Origin: an uncultured Gammaproteobacteria bacterium
GTDB taxonomy: Bacteria > Patescibacteriota > Patescibacteriia > UBA9934
DNA length: 64,000 bases
Direction of reading: 5' to 3'
NCBI GenBank assembly: GCA_964599455.1
Contig: CAZREA010000003.1
Coordinates: 31,026-95,025 of the forward strand
The translations under genes and the position numbers were made by a program. Shown here in pieces: positions 1 through 8,475 of this stretch (position 1 is its first letter; every line of letters begins with the position of its first letter). The notes beneath the pieces are model-generated. The model was not told where the DNA came from. It made no database searches and worked only from the letters and a program-made list of their open reading frames with translations.

Positions 1-1013
1 AACAAACCTTTTCTACCTTCGTCGTCGGCAAACAAAACGAACTTGCACATGCCGCCGCGCAAGCAGTGGCCGCACATCCTGGCGGCACGTACAATCCACT
101 TTTTATTTATGGCGGCGTTGGTCTTGGAAAAACACACCTACTCCACGGCATTGCCAACGAAATTCGTCGCAAGTGGCCGTCGTCACGCATCATGTATGTC
201 ACGTGCGAACATTTTACGAATGATTTTATTCATTCTATTCGTTCAGGAAAAGGAAAAGAATTCAAAGATCGCTATCGCAATGTTGATCTCCTGCTCATCG
301 ACGACATTCAATTCATTACTGGAAAAGAAGGAACGCAGGAGGAATTTTTTCATACCTTCAATGCACTTCATCAAGACAATAAACAAATCGTTATTTCTTC
401 CGATCGTCCACCAAAATCAATTGCGGGACTTGAAAAACGCCTCCAGTCTCGTCTTGAATGGGGTATGTTGGTTGACGTCGGTACGCCTGACCTGGAAACG
501 CGTATCGCTATTTTAGAAAAGAAATGTTTAGAGAAAGATGCCCGCCTGTCATCAGAAATCGTGCAGTACATTGCGGCGAATATTGTCTCGAACGTCCGTG
601 AGCTCGAAGGTGCGTTGAATAAAATCATTGCCGTTCATCAATTCCGCAACATGGAGCCCACACTTGATAGCGTAAAGCCCATCGTTGCGAGCTTTGAATC
701 AGAAAACATTAAGAAAACCGTCACCCCTAAACAAGTCATTGGTGTCGTAGCTGAATATTTCGATATTTCCAACGATGATGTACTCGGAAAAAGTCGCGAA
801 AAACGCTTGGCATTCCCCCGTCAAATCATCATGTATTTATTGCGAGAAGAAATGAGCTCATCCTATCCCACCATCGGCACCGAACTGGGTGGCCGTGATC
901 ACACCACAGCCATGCACGCACACGGAAAAATCAAGGATCTCATTGAAAACGGAGATGAAAAACTCTTAAAAGATATCGAGCTTATCCGCCAACGTCTCTA
1001 TATTGGTGGGTAA
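1..1013 (+). CDS. dnaA: Chromosomal replication initiator DnaA (C-terminal ~2/3; N-terminus lies upstream of the window)
   Basis: Frame is open from the window edge. Walker A-like 'GGVGLGKTHLL', AAA+ box and C-terminal DnaA DNA-binding domain ('FPRQIIMYLLREE...TIGTELGGRDHTTAMHA') read in the translation. Hairpin terminator follows. Confidence 0.9.
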   Translation, partial: QTFSTFVVGKQNELAHAAAQAVAAHPGGTYNPLFIYGGVGLGKTHLLHGIANEIRRKWPSSRIMYVTCEHFTNDFIHSIRSGKGKEFKDRYRNVDLLLIDDIQFITGKEGTQEEFFHTFNALHQDNKQIVISSDRPPKSIAGLEKRLQSRLEWGMLVDVGTPDLETRIAILEKKCLEKDARLSSEIVQYIAANIVSNVRELEGALNKIIAVHQFRNMEPTLDSVKPIVASFESENIKKTVTPKQVIGVVAEYFDISNDDVLGKSREKRLAFPRQIIMYLLREEMSSSYPTIGTELGGRDHTTAMHAHGKIKDLIENGDEKLLKDIELIRQRLYIGG

Positions 1014-1015
1014 CA

Positions 1016-1052
1016 AAAACATCCCTTTCTTTACAGAGAGGGATGTTTTTAT
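1016..1052. terminator. Intrinsic terminator hairpin after dnaA (aaaaacatccctttc...gagagggatgttttt)
   Basis: Perfect inverted repeat followed by a T-run, seen directly in the sequence. Confidence 0.6.
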
Positions 1053-1098
1053 ATGGTACTCGCGTTCGTTTCGTCCTTAACCTGCAGGAGAAAGCAGC

Positions 1099-1464
1099 AT
1101 GGCACAGGTATCAGTCGCTTCATGGAAAGTAAGGCTGTTTGGCAAGATGATGAACGTGGCCAAAGAGCACGGCCTCCCCATGGAGTTCATCAACAACCCC
1201 CACCGGCGTTTGAGTTCCAAGGCTCGGCCCTGGAAGTCGGTAAGTGTTGCGCTGTCCGTCCAGGCGGCGACTACCACTCATCTGCACGAGAGCGGAGGCG
1301 AAAATAAGGAAAATTTCCTGGCGATCCTCGAGAAGAGTTTGCAGGCTCTGCTGGAGTCGATCATTCGAAACGAATACAAGGTTCGGATGGCAAGTAAACG
1401 AGTTCTGCCCTGGATTTCCCAGCAACTCGGCGTCCTCCAGCCCCCGTCCGCAACCGCAACCTGA
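1099..1464 (+). CDS. Hypothetical protein (121 aa) in a GC-rich insert; strong SD (GGAG) 7 nt upstream
   Basis: ORF with an RBS 'caggagaaagcagcATG'. Local GC ~55% against a ~45% backbone. No recognisable domain. Confidence 0.4.
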   Translation: MAQVSVASWKVRLFGKMMNVAKEHGLPMEFINNPHRRLSSKARPWKSVSVALSVQAATTTHLHESGGENKENFLAILEKSLQALLESIIRNEYKVRMASKRVLPWISQQLGVLQPPSATAT

Positions 1465-1677
1465 TCTCGCGCGTCCTACGCGGTGACCAATAGTAAATAC
1501 CGTTGGCCACCGAGCGATCTCATCGCTCCGTCCGGCAACTGCCGAGCGTGTCACAGGACGCGCTCTTTGTTTTCTCAAACTCGTACTTCTATCGACCACG
1601 TGCGTGATCACTACAAGACGAGAAGGGAGTAATTGCGGGACAAACGCGCAACAATCACTCCCTACGCGTGGATCGAG

Positions 1678-1980
1678 CTAGACGATCCACGAAAAGAGCC
1701 ACCAAACCACGCGAACCGTACCGATTAAGAAAAAACTCCCCAGAAAACTCATACCAGACCAAACCGCCAGCAACTCAAGGAAGTCTTCTCTCCCATCACC
1801 CTGCAACCATGCGCCCAGTCCGCAGAGCAAGACCACAGTCAACACGCCAACTCCGCCCCACCAGAAGGAATTGCATGCAAGCGTTGCGCCGGCAGCCATA
1901 CCGACAAGCATGGTAAGCGGGAGAACCGCCCAAGCTGCCATATGTCGATGACGCTGGAGTACCCGAGAGACGTTTCCCAT
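1678..1980 (-). CDS. Small hydrophobic membrane protein (100 aa), GC-rich, SD GGAGG
   Basis: ORF with an upstream 'ttggaggtaagATG' on the minus strand. The translation has 3 predicted TM segments (W/G/L-rich). Confidence 0.4.
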   Translation of the reverse strand: MGNVSRVLQRHRHMAAWAVLPLTMLVGMAAGATLACNSFWWGGVGVLTVVLLCGLGAWLQGDGREDFLELLAVWSGMSFLGSFFLIGTVRVVWWLFSWIV

Positions 1981-2018
1981 CTTACCTCCAATTGATCAAC
2001 GTTAGATGAGCGATTCGT

Positions 2019-2405
2019 TCAGGTATTAACGGTGAGCTTTCGACGAAAGGCCCAAACCGCCACACCGGCAGTCAGAAGACCTCCGTACCAAATCGTCGCA
2101 TCCCAAACCGGCGGGGACCACGGCGGTGCAGAGGAATTTGCCATACCCGTAACCACTACTGCCGCAGCATTGAACATGAAGAAAGCCTCTATCGCTATCT
2201 CCCCGTCCTCCCGTGCAACGGGCTGCTTCCACAACAGGATCAGTGTGACCAAGAACAAAATCACGGAGATCGCCGCGAGGATATAGCCGATATTTCCTCC
2301 ATACGAGGCCTTATCATAGGCCCCGAATGTACCCGCGAACAGAGCAAGGATAATCCCGGCCACGAAACAACTGCCCCGAATCGAAGCGATAGCTTCTTTC
2401 ATCAT
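2019..2405 (-). CDS. Small membrane protein (128 aa, ~4 TM), GC-rich, SD GGAGG; likely co-transcribed with 1678..1980
   Basis: ORF with an upstream 'ctggaggaATGATG'. Hydrophobic segments are visible in the translation. Confidence 0.45.
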   Translation of the reverse strand: MMKEAIASIRGSCFVAGIILALFAGTFGAYDKASYGGNIGYILAAISVILFLVTLILLWKQPVAREDGEIAIEAFFMFNAAAVVVTGMANSSAPPWSPPVWDATIWYGGLLTAGVAVWAFRRKLTVNT

Positions 2406-2429
2406 TCCTCCAGAATTTTCACAGGTTGA

Positions 2430-2870
2430 GTACTCGGATCCGAAAATAAATTAACATACTTAGCCAAAAAGACAATAATTTCTCTATAATTTCGTTCGTT
2501 GTTCTTCTTACTCTAGAATGGGTTTGGCGTGCCAAACCCCTACTTATCCCCAGTCTATCCCCATCTGCGCATAATGTTCGGGATCTGTTCGATGTGCACA
2601 AAGTGGGGACAAGGCCGTGGATAAGGTTGGGGTAAGTCCGTGGACAAGAATGGGATAAAACAGGGATAACTTTTTATGGGAACGTCCGCCAAACCTTCTC
2701 CCCAGTCTATCCTCCTCTCCATCCCAAATTCATCCCCATCCGTCCCATCCGTTGCGTTCAATGAAAGCCGTGCTATCCGTCATTTATCCCCACCATCCAC
2801 AGGCTTACTAATGCAGCCTTTTCTTTCTTCTTAAATAAAGTAATCTGTAGCCATCACGCTTGATCCCATT
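2430..2870. promoter_or_regulatory. Putative oriC: AT-rich unwinding stretch (2440-2520) plus a cluster of ~8 DnaA-box-like 9-mers (TTATCCCCA, TCTATCCCC, GTGGATAAGG, TGGGATAAAA, AGGGATAAC, TTTATCCCC, CCATCCACA) between dnaA and dnaN
   Basis: Box-like 9-mers seen at 2544, 2555, 2617, 2651, 2663, 2784 and 2795. The position is the canonical dnaA-dnaN interval. Confidence 0.6.
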
Positions 2871-2873
2871 CCT

Positions 2874-4010
2874 GTGAAATTCTCCTGTACAAAAGATAAT
2901 CTTCATCAAGGCCTCTCCCTGGTCAGTCATGTAAGTAGTAAGAGTGTAAATCTTCCCATCCTTAATAACATTCTTCTGCAGGCCGACGTAGGAGGAGTGA
3001 AGTTAACGTCAACGAATCTTGATCTTACGGTTGCTTGTACCGTTCGTGCAAAAGTTGATCAACCTGGCGAATACACGCTCCCAGCAAAACTGTTTGATGA
3101 TTATGTCGGATTGTTGCCAGATGAGCGAATCGATCTTGATCTGCTTGATAGCGCGGTCTCTATCGTTTGTGGGAAATCGAAAACGAAAATGAATGGACTG
3201 CCATCAGCAGAATTTCCCGTCATTCCGAAAGTAACAGGAGGAGCGGTGTATTCGGTGATAGCCTCGGCATTTGATGCGGCGCTTGGGCAAACGATTTTCT
3301 CGGTTGCAACAAGTGAGGCACGGCAAATTCTCACCGGAGCATTTCTCTCCTTTAGTGGACAAGAAAAAACCGTGATTGTGGCGGCAACAGATAGTTATCG
3401 CTTGGGAGAAAAGATGGTTCCGCTAATAAGTGAGACATTGGGTGACCGAAAAGTAGTAGTTCCTGCACGAACACTGGCTGAACTTCGTCGCGTAATGAGT
3501 GTGATGCGAGCAAATGTTGAAGCTCCGGAGCAGCTCGATATTGAATTAACCGATAATCAAATTGCTTTCCGGTATGGAACCGTTGAGCTGTCATCGCGCA
3601 CCATTGATGGCGTTTATCCCGATTATCGACAGATTATCCCCAAAACATTCACAAGTGAATTTATTATTGATCGCTCAGCACTCGTACAAGCGGTAAAGCG
3701 AACGGCATTATTCTCGAAGAATGGCTTGTTTGATGTGAAATTTGAAGTAAAAGCAGAATCAAAAGAACTCATTCTTACCGCAGGAGAAATTGGGAAGGGA
3801 GAAAATATGGTGAGCGTTGACGTCGATGTACAACAGGGTGCCGATAATGCCGTAACGTTAAACTTTCGCTATCTCCTTGATGGTTTAAGCGCGATGTCGT
3901 CCGAAAAGATTCTCGTCAAAATGATCGATGCGATGAATCCGTGCGTGTTATTTCCCCACGGACAAGAAAAGAATGATTACCTGTATATCGTGATGCCTAT
4001 TCGGCAGTAA
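2874..4010 (+). CDS. dnaN: DNA polymerase III beta sliding clamp
   Basis: 378 aa. The N-terminal 'MKFSCTKDNLHQGLSLVSHVSSKSVNLPILNNILL' and overall three-domain length are typical of DnaN, and it sits in synteny after dnaA/oriC. Confidence 0.9.
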   Translation: MKFSCTKDNLHQGLSLVSHVSSKSVNLPILNNILLQADVGGVKLTSTNLDLTVACTVRAKVDQPGEYTLPAKLFDDYVGLLPDERIDLDLLDSAVSIVCGKSKTKMNGLPSAEFPVIPKVTGGAVYSVIASAFDAALGQTIFSVATSEARQILTGAFLSFSGQEKTVIVAATDSYRLGEKMVPLISETLGDRKVVVPARTLAELRRVMSVMRANVEAPEQLDIELTDNQIAFRYGTVELSSRTIDGVYPDYRQIIPKTFTSEFIIDRSALVQAVKRTALFSKNGLFDVKFEVKAESKELILTAGEIGKGENMVSVDVDVQQGADNAVTLNFRYLLDGLSAMSSEKILVKMIDAMNPCVLFPHGQEKNDYLYIVMPIRQ

Positions 4011-4012
4011 TA

Positions 4013-4048
4013 AAAAACTCCTCGAAGTTCTCGAGGAGTTTTTTATTA
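4013..4048. terminator. Intrinsic terminator after dnaN (aaaaaactcctcgaagttctcgaggagtttttt)
   Basis: Perfect hairpin plus a T-run. Confidence 0.6.
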
Positions 4049-4167
4049 TTCTCTGACGATCATGAAAGGCATGCTCTGCAGAGAATGTCCGTCACTCTGG
4101 CTCCACGCAGAGTGACGGATGAGGGAGGGTGGGTTGTGCGGACGGGGTCGGGTCGACGTGGCGCCGA

Positions 4168-4416
4168 CTAGAGCCCGTTGCTGATGCCGGTGCCGTGCCA
4201 CTTGTTGTGGAACTCGCCGTCGCGCGGCTGGGAGATGATCCGGTTGTCCTTCAGCGCCGGGCCGAAGCCGTTGCTGACCTTGGGCGGGTTCCCGGGGTTG
4301 CCGACCATGATGAGGCTGTTGTCGTCGGGGTCTCCCCGGGTCGCGAGGCTGCTGTCGGTGGGGCCCAGGGGCGAGATTCCGAGCAAGGAGAACAGGATCG
4401 CGAAGAGGAAGTTCAT
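4168..4416 (-). CDS. Small secreted protein (82 aa; signal peptide MNFLFAILFSLLGISPLG), GC-rich cassette with SD GGAG and its own hairpin terminator (4099-4128)
   Basis: Internal ATG at 4416 with 'ggagatacttcaATG'. GC ~62%. Terminator 'ccgtcactctggctccacgcagagtgacgg' lies downstream on the minus strand. Confidence 0.4.
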   Translation of the reverse strand: MNFLFAILFSLLGISPLGPTDSSLATRGDPDDNSLIMVGNPGNPPKVSNGFGPALKDNRIISQPRDGEFHNKWHGTGISNGL

Positions 4417-4446
4417 TGAAGTATCTCCGTCGTGAGGGTGAGAGAT

Positions 4447-4610
4447 GAAGAATGGACTGACCATCTCCCGTTGGTTTTTTCAGCCCTTTTTAGAGAAAAG
4501 AACATGTTTTCTCCAAGAAGGGCTGAAAAAATGAGTGAAAAGCTTAGCAGATTTTTATTTTTTTGTCAAATAAAAAACCGGCTCATAAATTTGTGAGCCG
4601 GTTTTTAAAG
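4447..4610. terminator. Two hairpins forming a bidirectional terminator region (ttttttcagccctttttagagaaaag...cttctccaagaagggctgaaaaaa; aaaaaccggctcacaaatttgtgagccggttttt)
   Basis: Inverted repeats with flanking A/T runs, located between the 4168-4416 ORF and the PBP1A 3' end. Confidence 0.55.
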
Positions 4611-7496
4611 TGAGATCGGCAATGCGGTTACCGACTGATTTTTTACAAGAATAGTAACGGGCATCGCTTCTCTACTTTCCCCAGTTCGTGTCATGCCAAC
4701 CGCGGTAAGAATGTACTGTCCATCGGTACTGATGGTCCAAGGAATACTTGTAATAGCCGAGGGCGAAACTACGCTCGTAATAATATATTCTGATCCATCC
4801 CAAAGGTTATGTGCTGATAACTCGAGACTTACTAAATTTACGGCATCGGGAATTTCGACGGCAACCGTATAGGTAGTTGAGGTGTCGACCGGCTTATCAA
4901 TGATTTGCCCCGTGAAAGGATTGGTGATGCGGATGTTCGACGATGTTGTTGATCCTTCCCGGACATCAATGGTGATGCTGTCGGTTGCGTTGTTGTCGAT
5001 GTCGTCGTAAATGGTCGCGCTGAGTGTATGGCTGCCTGCAGAAACCCAGGAGGGAAGAGTAAGAGTTGCTTCATCCATGTTGTCGGACGTCATGATAAAC
5101 GTTCCGTCGATCGCATAATCAACACGATTGAAGGTACGCTTCACACCACTTGAAAGTTCAACCGTAAAGATTTGATCAACCGTATCGTTATTGTCGGGGC
5201 TTTTAATGTTGATGCTCGGCTCATTTTTTCTGACATGCAAATCATCTTCTTCGGTTGGGACCGTGCAGGTTTCTAAAGGCGCCTCACCTTCTTTTAGGGC
5301 AGCATTGTGGCGAGCAATATAACTTTGTACCGCTCCTTCCCATGAGGTGTAGTACGGATCTTTCTCGGGATTTTCCGGAACAGGGCCAATAGGATTATTT
5401 TTATCAACGTACTGCAAAATGGTATGGAATTCACCACACGTTTTTGTTTCTTTAAATGATTCTGGCGTGCGATCGGTCGCGAGTTTTCCTGATGCGCGAT
5501 CGAGCGTGACGGTAGTGACTGCCATTTGGCCATCGAGTACCGCTTTACCGGTTGTAGGAATACTTGGGGCAGGGAATGATTCGACTGCCGTTCCTTGCAG
5601 CGATCGTTTCATGAATTCATTCCACACTGGTGCCGCGATTTTTGATCCGTCCGCACCACGCGTCATCAACGTTCCCGAAGCATTCCCAACCCACACGCCC
5701 GCAACCAGTGATGGTGTGTAGCCAACCGTCCACGCATCTTTATAATTGTTGGTAGTTCCGGTTTTAGCAGCGACCGCGCGATCGCCAAATGTGAGGTAGT
5801 TTGAAGCGCCGAAGACATATGCACGAGCGGCATTATCGGACATGACGTTGGTGATCGTGGCCGCAATATTGCTGTCGAGCACACTAGTGCCGGTATTTTC
5901 TTCGGCATTGCGTTCTTCTAAAACCGTCCCATCACTTGTGGTTACTTTTAAAATGGCGAGCGGATTGTGATGCATGCCGTTATTTGCAAGTGCTGCATAC
6001 GCACCGACATGATCGATCATTTTGACTTCAGCTCCACCCAAAACCATCGACAGTCCGATGCTCGACCGATCGGTGAGGGTTGAATAACCTAGTCGTTGCG
6101 CAAAAGCAACGGCATTGTCGATTCCTACAAGATAAAGCGTTTTCACGGCAGGAATGTTGAGTGATCCTTGCAGTGCTTTGCGCATCGTGACCATGCCATG
6201 CTCACCGCTGTCATAGTTGTGAGGATTATAGGGACCGGTTTCGGTAGAGAACGTTGTTTCCACATCCCACAAAACGGTGTTTGGCGTGTAGCCTTTTTCG
6301 AACGCGGCAGCATACACGATCGGCTTAATGCTTGATCCTGGCTGCAACGGTTGCAATGTGACGTTTACTTGTCCGTCGATGTCATCATTGGAAAAATCAG
6401 GAGAGCCGACCATTGCCAAAATTTCTCCGGTTTTGGGATTCATGGCCAACAAACCCGCGTTCGTAAAACCATATGTTGAACCGTAGGTAGCAACACCATT
6501 GTCGATTGCCTCTTCGGCAATTTGTTGTTTGTCGTAATCAAGCGTGGTGATAACGTGAAGCCCCCCTGTTTCCACTGCCTGTGTCCCGTATGTTTCTTCT
6601 AAAAGACTTTTTACCCACATCACAAAATGAGGTGCGGTAATGTCGTTTGCTTCAATAGTAATGGGTGTATCTTGTGCCAGCGCGGCATTCGCCTCGTCTT
6701 GAGTGACGTATCCCAGATCAGCCATGCTCTGCAAAATCCAATCGCGGCGAGATTTTAACAGTTCGGGATCGTTCATCAGGCGAGTTGGTCGATTGGGAAG
6801 AGCGGCCAGCGTTGCGGCTTCGGCGAGCGTGACATCTTTTACTGATTTGCCAAAATATTCTTGCGCCGCAGCCTCGATTCCATAGTTGGTGCCACCATAC
6901 GGAATTTCATTCAGGTACATCTGCAAAATTTCTTCTTTATTGAAACGTTGTTCCAGCGCAAGCGAAATCATAATTTCGCGTATTTTACGGGAATAGTCCT
7001 GCACGTCGGTAAGCATAGCCTTTTTAACGAACTGTTGGGTGATAGTGGAGGCACCCTGACCGGTGGCATCGAGGTGCATCACATTATAAAGTAGGGCACG
7101 TAAAATACCGACCGGATCAATACCAAAATGTTTGTAGAATTTACGATCTTCGGCCGTGATGGTGGCATTGATGACGTTTGCAGGAATTTGATCGATGGTA
7201 ACGAGCGTTCGTTTTTTGTCGGGCGCAATTTCGTACAACAGATGTGTATCGGTGTGATCGTAAATTTTGGTTGATTGGGCAATTTGGCGATTAATGAGTT
7301 CATTCGGATCGGGAAGATCACGTGAGTACCACGCGAACATAGCGAGCAAAATAAGCGCACAGAAAAGCCCCCCAGCTAAGCCAAGTAGAATGAGGTTTTT
7401 GATAAGCGTTTTTCGGTCCAGCCGTTGCCACCAGTGCTTTAGTCCGGTGATCGACCAATTTTTCTTGGATTGATGTCCTTTAGCGTAGCGAAACAT
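4605..7496 (-). CDS. Class A penicillin-binding protein (PBP1A: TM anchor, glycosyltransferase GT51, transpeptidase) with a ~300-aa C-terminal beta-rich extension
   Basis: Translation from the internal Met 'MFRYAKGHQSKKNW...' (ATG at 7496). The further-upstream ORF extension runs into a GC-rich island and is rejected. GT51 motifs 'EDRKFYKHFGIDP', 'GASTITQQ', 'RKIREI' and TP motifs 'SSIKP', 'SxN', 'KTGT' are visible. Confidence 0.85.
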   Translation of the reverse strand: MFRYAKGHQSKKNWSITGLKHWWQRLDRKTLIKNLILLGLAGGLFCALILLAMFAWYSRDLPDPNELINRQIAQSTKIYDHTDTHLLYEIAPDKKRTLVTIDQIPANVINATITAEDRKFYKHFGIDPVGILRALLYNVMHLDATGQGASTITQQFVKKAMLTDVQDYSRKIREIMISLALEQRFNKEEILQMYLNEIPYGGTNYGIEAAAQEYFGKSVKDVTLAEAATLAALPNRPTRLMNDPELLKSRRDWILQSMADLGYVTQDEANAALAQDTPITIEANDITAPHFVMWVKSLLEETYGTQAVETGGLHVITTLDYDKQQIAEEAIDNGVATYGSTYGFTNAGLLAMNPKTGEILAMVGSPDFSNDDIDGQVNVTLQPLQPGSSIKPIVYAAAFEKGYTPNTVLWDVETTFSTETGPYNPHNYDSGEHGMVTMRKALQGSLNIPAVKTLYLVGIDNAVAFAQRLGYSTLTDRSSIGLSMVLGGAEVKMIDHVGAYAALANNGMHHNPLAILKVTTSDGTVLEERNAEENTGTSVLDSNIAATITNVMSDNAARAYVFGASNYLTFGDRAVAAKTGTTNNYKDAWTVGYTPSLVAGVWVGNASGTLMTRGADGSKIAAPVWNEFMKRSLQGTAVESFPAPSIPTTGKAVLDGQMAVTTVTLDRASGKLATDRTPESFKETKTCGEFHTILQYVDKNNPIGPVPENPEKDPYYTSWEGAVQSYIARHNAALKEGEAPLETCTVPTEEDDLHVRKNEPSINIKSPDNNDTVDQIFTVELSSGVKRTFNRVDYAIDGTFIMTSDNMDEATLTLPSWVSAGSHTLSATIYDDIDNNATDSITIDVREGSTTSSNIRITNPFTGQIIDKPVDTSTTYTVAVEIPDAVNLVSLELSAHNLWDGSEYIITSVVSPSAITSIPWTISTDGQYILTAVGMTRTGESREAMPVTILVKNQSVTALPISL

Positions 7497-7695
7497 AGAG
7501 AAGATTTGAGGATAGCATACGGGAAAGGGAAGGAAGGGGAAAGAGGACATGGACGCGTATTCGGCGGACGATGGACGCCGGACGTAGAGACGGGCCGCTG
7601 GCCCGTCTCTCCAGCGAAGGAATCGGCTAAAAAGCAAGAGCGCACCCGTGGGCGGCGTGGCCACGGATGGTGGCTCTTGCCGCGCACTGAGTGCG

Positions 7696-8016
7696 CTACG
7701 TTTCGTCACGAGGGACGATGTGTCCCGACTCCTCGAGACCATTGAACCCGTCCCGAGCGATCGCGGGTTTCGCGCTACTCTCGAGGAGCTTGTTCTGCTC
7801 CCCCATCTTATCCTCGATGCTGAGGAGAATGCTGCAGATCACCTCCAGGGGAAAAAGCAGGGCGAGCACGGTGAAGTACAAGGCAAAGGGCAGGAAGATC
7901 GGCGTCTCCATCAGCCCGAGCCCAAGAAGCACGGCCGCCGCTCCACCAAGAAACGTAGCATTGCTCATGTTCGGAGCCTTTTTGACTTCCGTCGACTTTT
8001 CATTTTGTTCGGTCAT
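7696..8016 (-). CDS. Small membrane protein (106 aa, 2 TM), GC-rich cassette with SD GGGAG and a downstream GC-rich hairpin (7588-7610)
   Basis: ORF preceded by 'gggagattcgcgATG'. GC ~60%. Hairpin 'agacgggccgctggcccgtct' lies 3' on the minus strand. Confidence 0.4.
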   Translation of the reverse strand: MTEQNEKSTEVKKAPNMSNATFLGGAAAVLLGLGLMETPIFLPFALYFTVLALLFPLEVICSILLSIEDKMGEQNKLLESSAKPAIARDGFNGLEESGHIVPRDET

Positions 8017-8400
8017 CGCGAATCTCCCATCCCGAGTCGGGGTCAGTTTTGAGTTGAGTGAAGTAACAAATAACTATACTACAAAAATACCCTTTCGTCA
8101 ACCGCAAAAGATGCGATTATGCTCTAACTTTAGATAAATATTCTGTTGATAAACGGATTTGGTGATTGGTTTTTGTTCGCAATCGTTTCGGGTTTTGTTG
8201 CGGGTTCGTGGTACGTCCGCATTCCACGAAAGGGGTCGGCCGTGGCCGACCCCTACGAATTACGTCCACAGCGTGGTTGCATACGACCGTTGTTGGACGC
8301 ATCCTCAACGTGTTCGCAACGATCGTTTATTCCCATTATTTTCCCGTCTTTTTCGCCTTTATATATTCGCTTATATTAGCCATATAATGTCATTTCTCCA

Positions 8401-8429
8401 TTGACAAAATGGCCAAAAAATGGTACGAT
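8401..8429 (+). promoter_or_regulatory. Near-consensus sigma70 promoter: TTGACA -17 bp- (TGg)TACGAT
   Basis: TTGACA at 8401-8406, then 17 bp, then 'tggTACGAT' at 8424-8429. A ~45-nt leader with a small hairpin precedes the ATG at 8476. Confidence 0.5.
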
Positions 8430-8475
8430 ACTCGCACAGAAAATCCCGGGGGAGACTTCGGGGTTTTTGATTTCT

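Noticed and set aside
1056-2437. 7-bp direct repeat GTACTCG at both edges of the dnaA-oriC insert as a target-site duplication
   Set aside because: A 7-mer match within two ~30-bp edge windows is expected by chance at about the 10% level. It is kept only as a weak note inside the finding and not called a feature.
7497-7742. N-terminal 82-codon extension of the PBP1A ORF (MVSRSRDTSS...)
   Set aside because: The extension runs into a GC-rich foreign cassette, has no TM helix or SD, and the conserved PBP N-terminus (cytoplasmic tail plus TM) begins at the internal ATG 7496. It is a read-through of the ORF finder.
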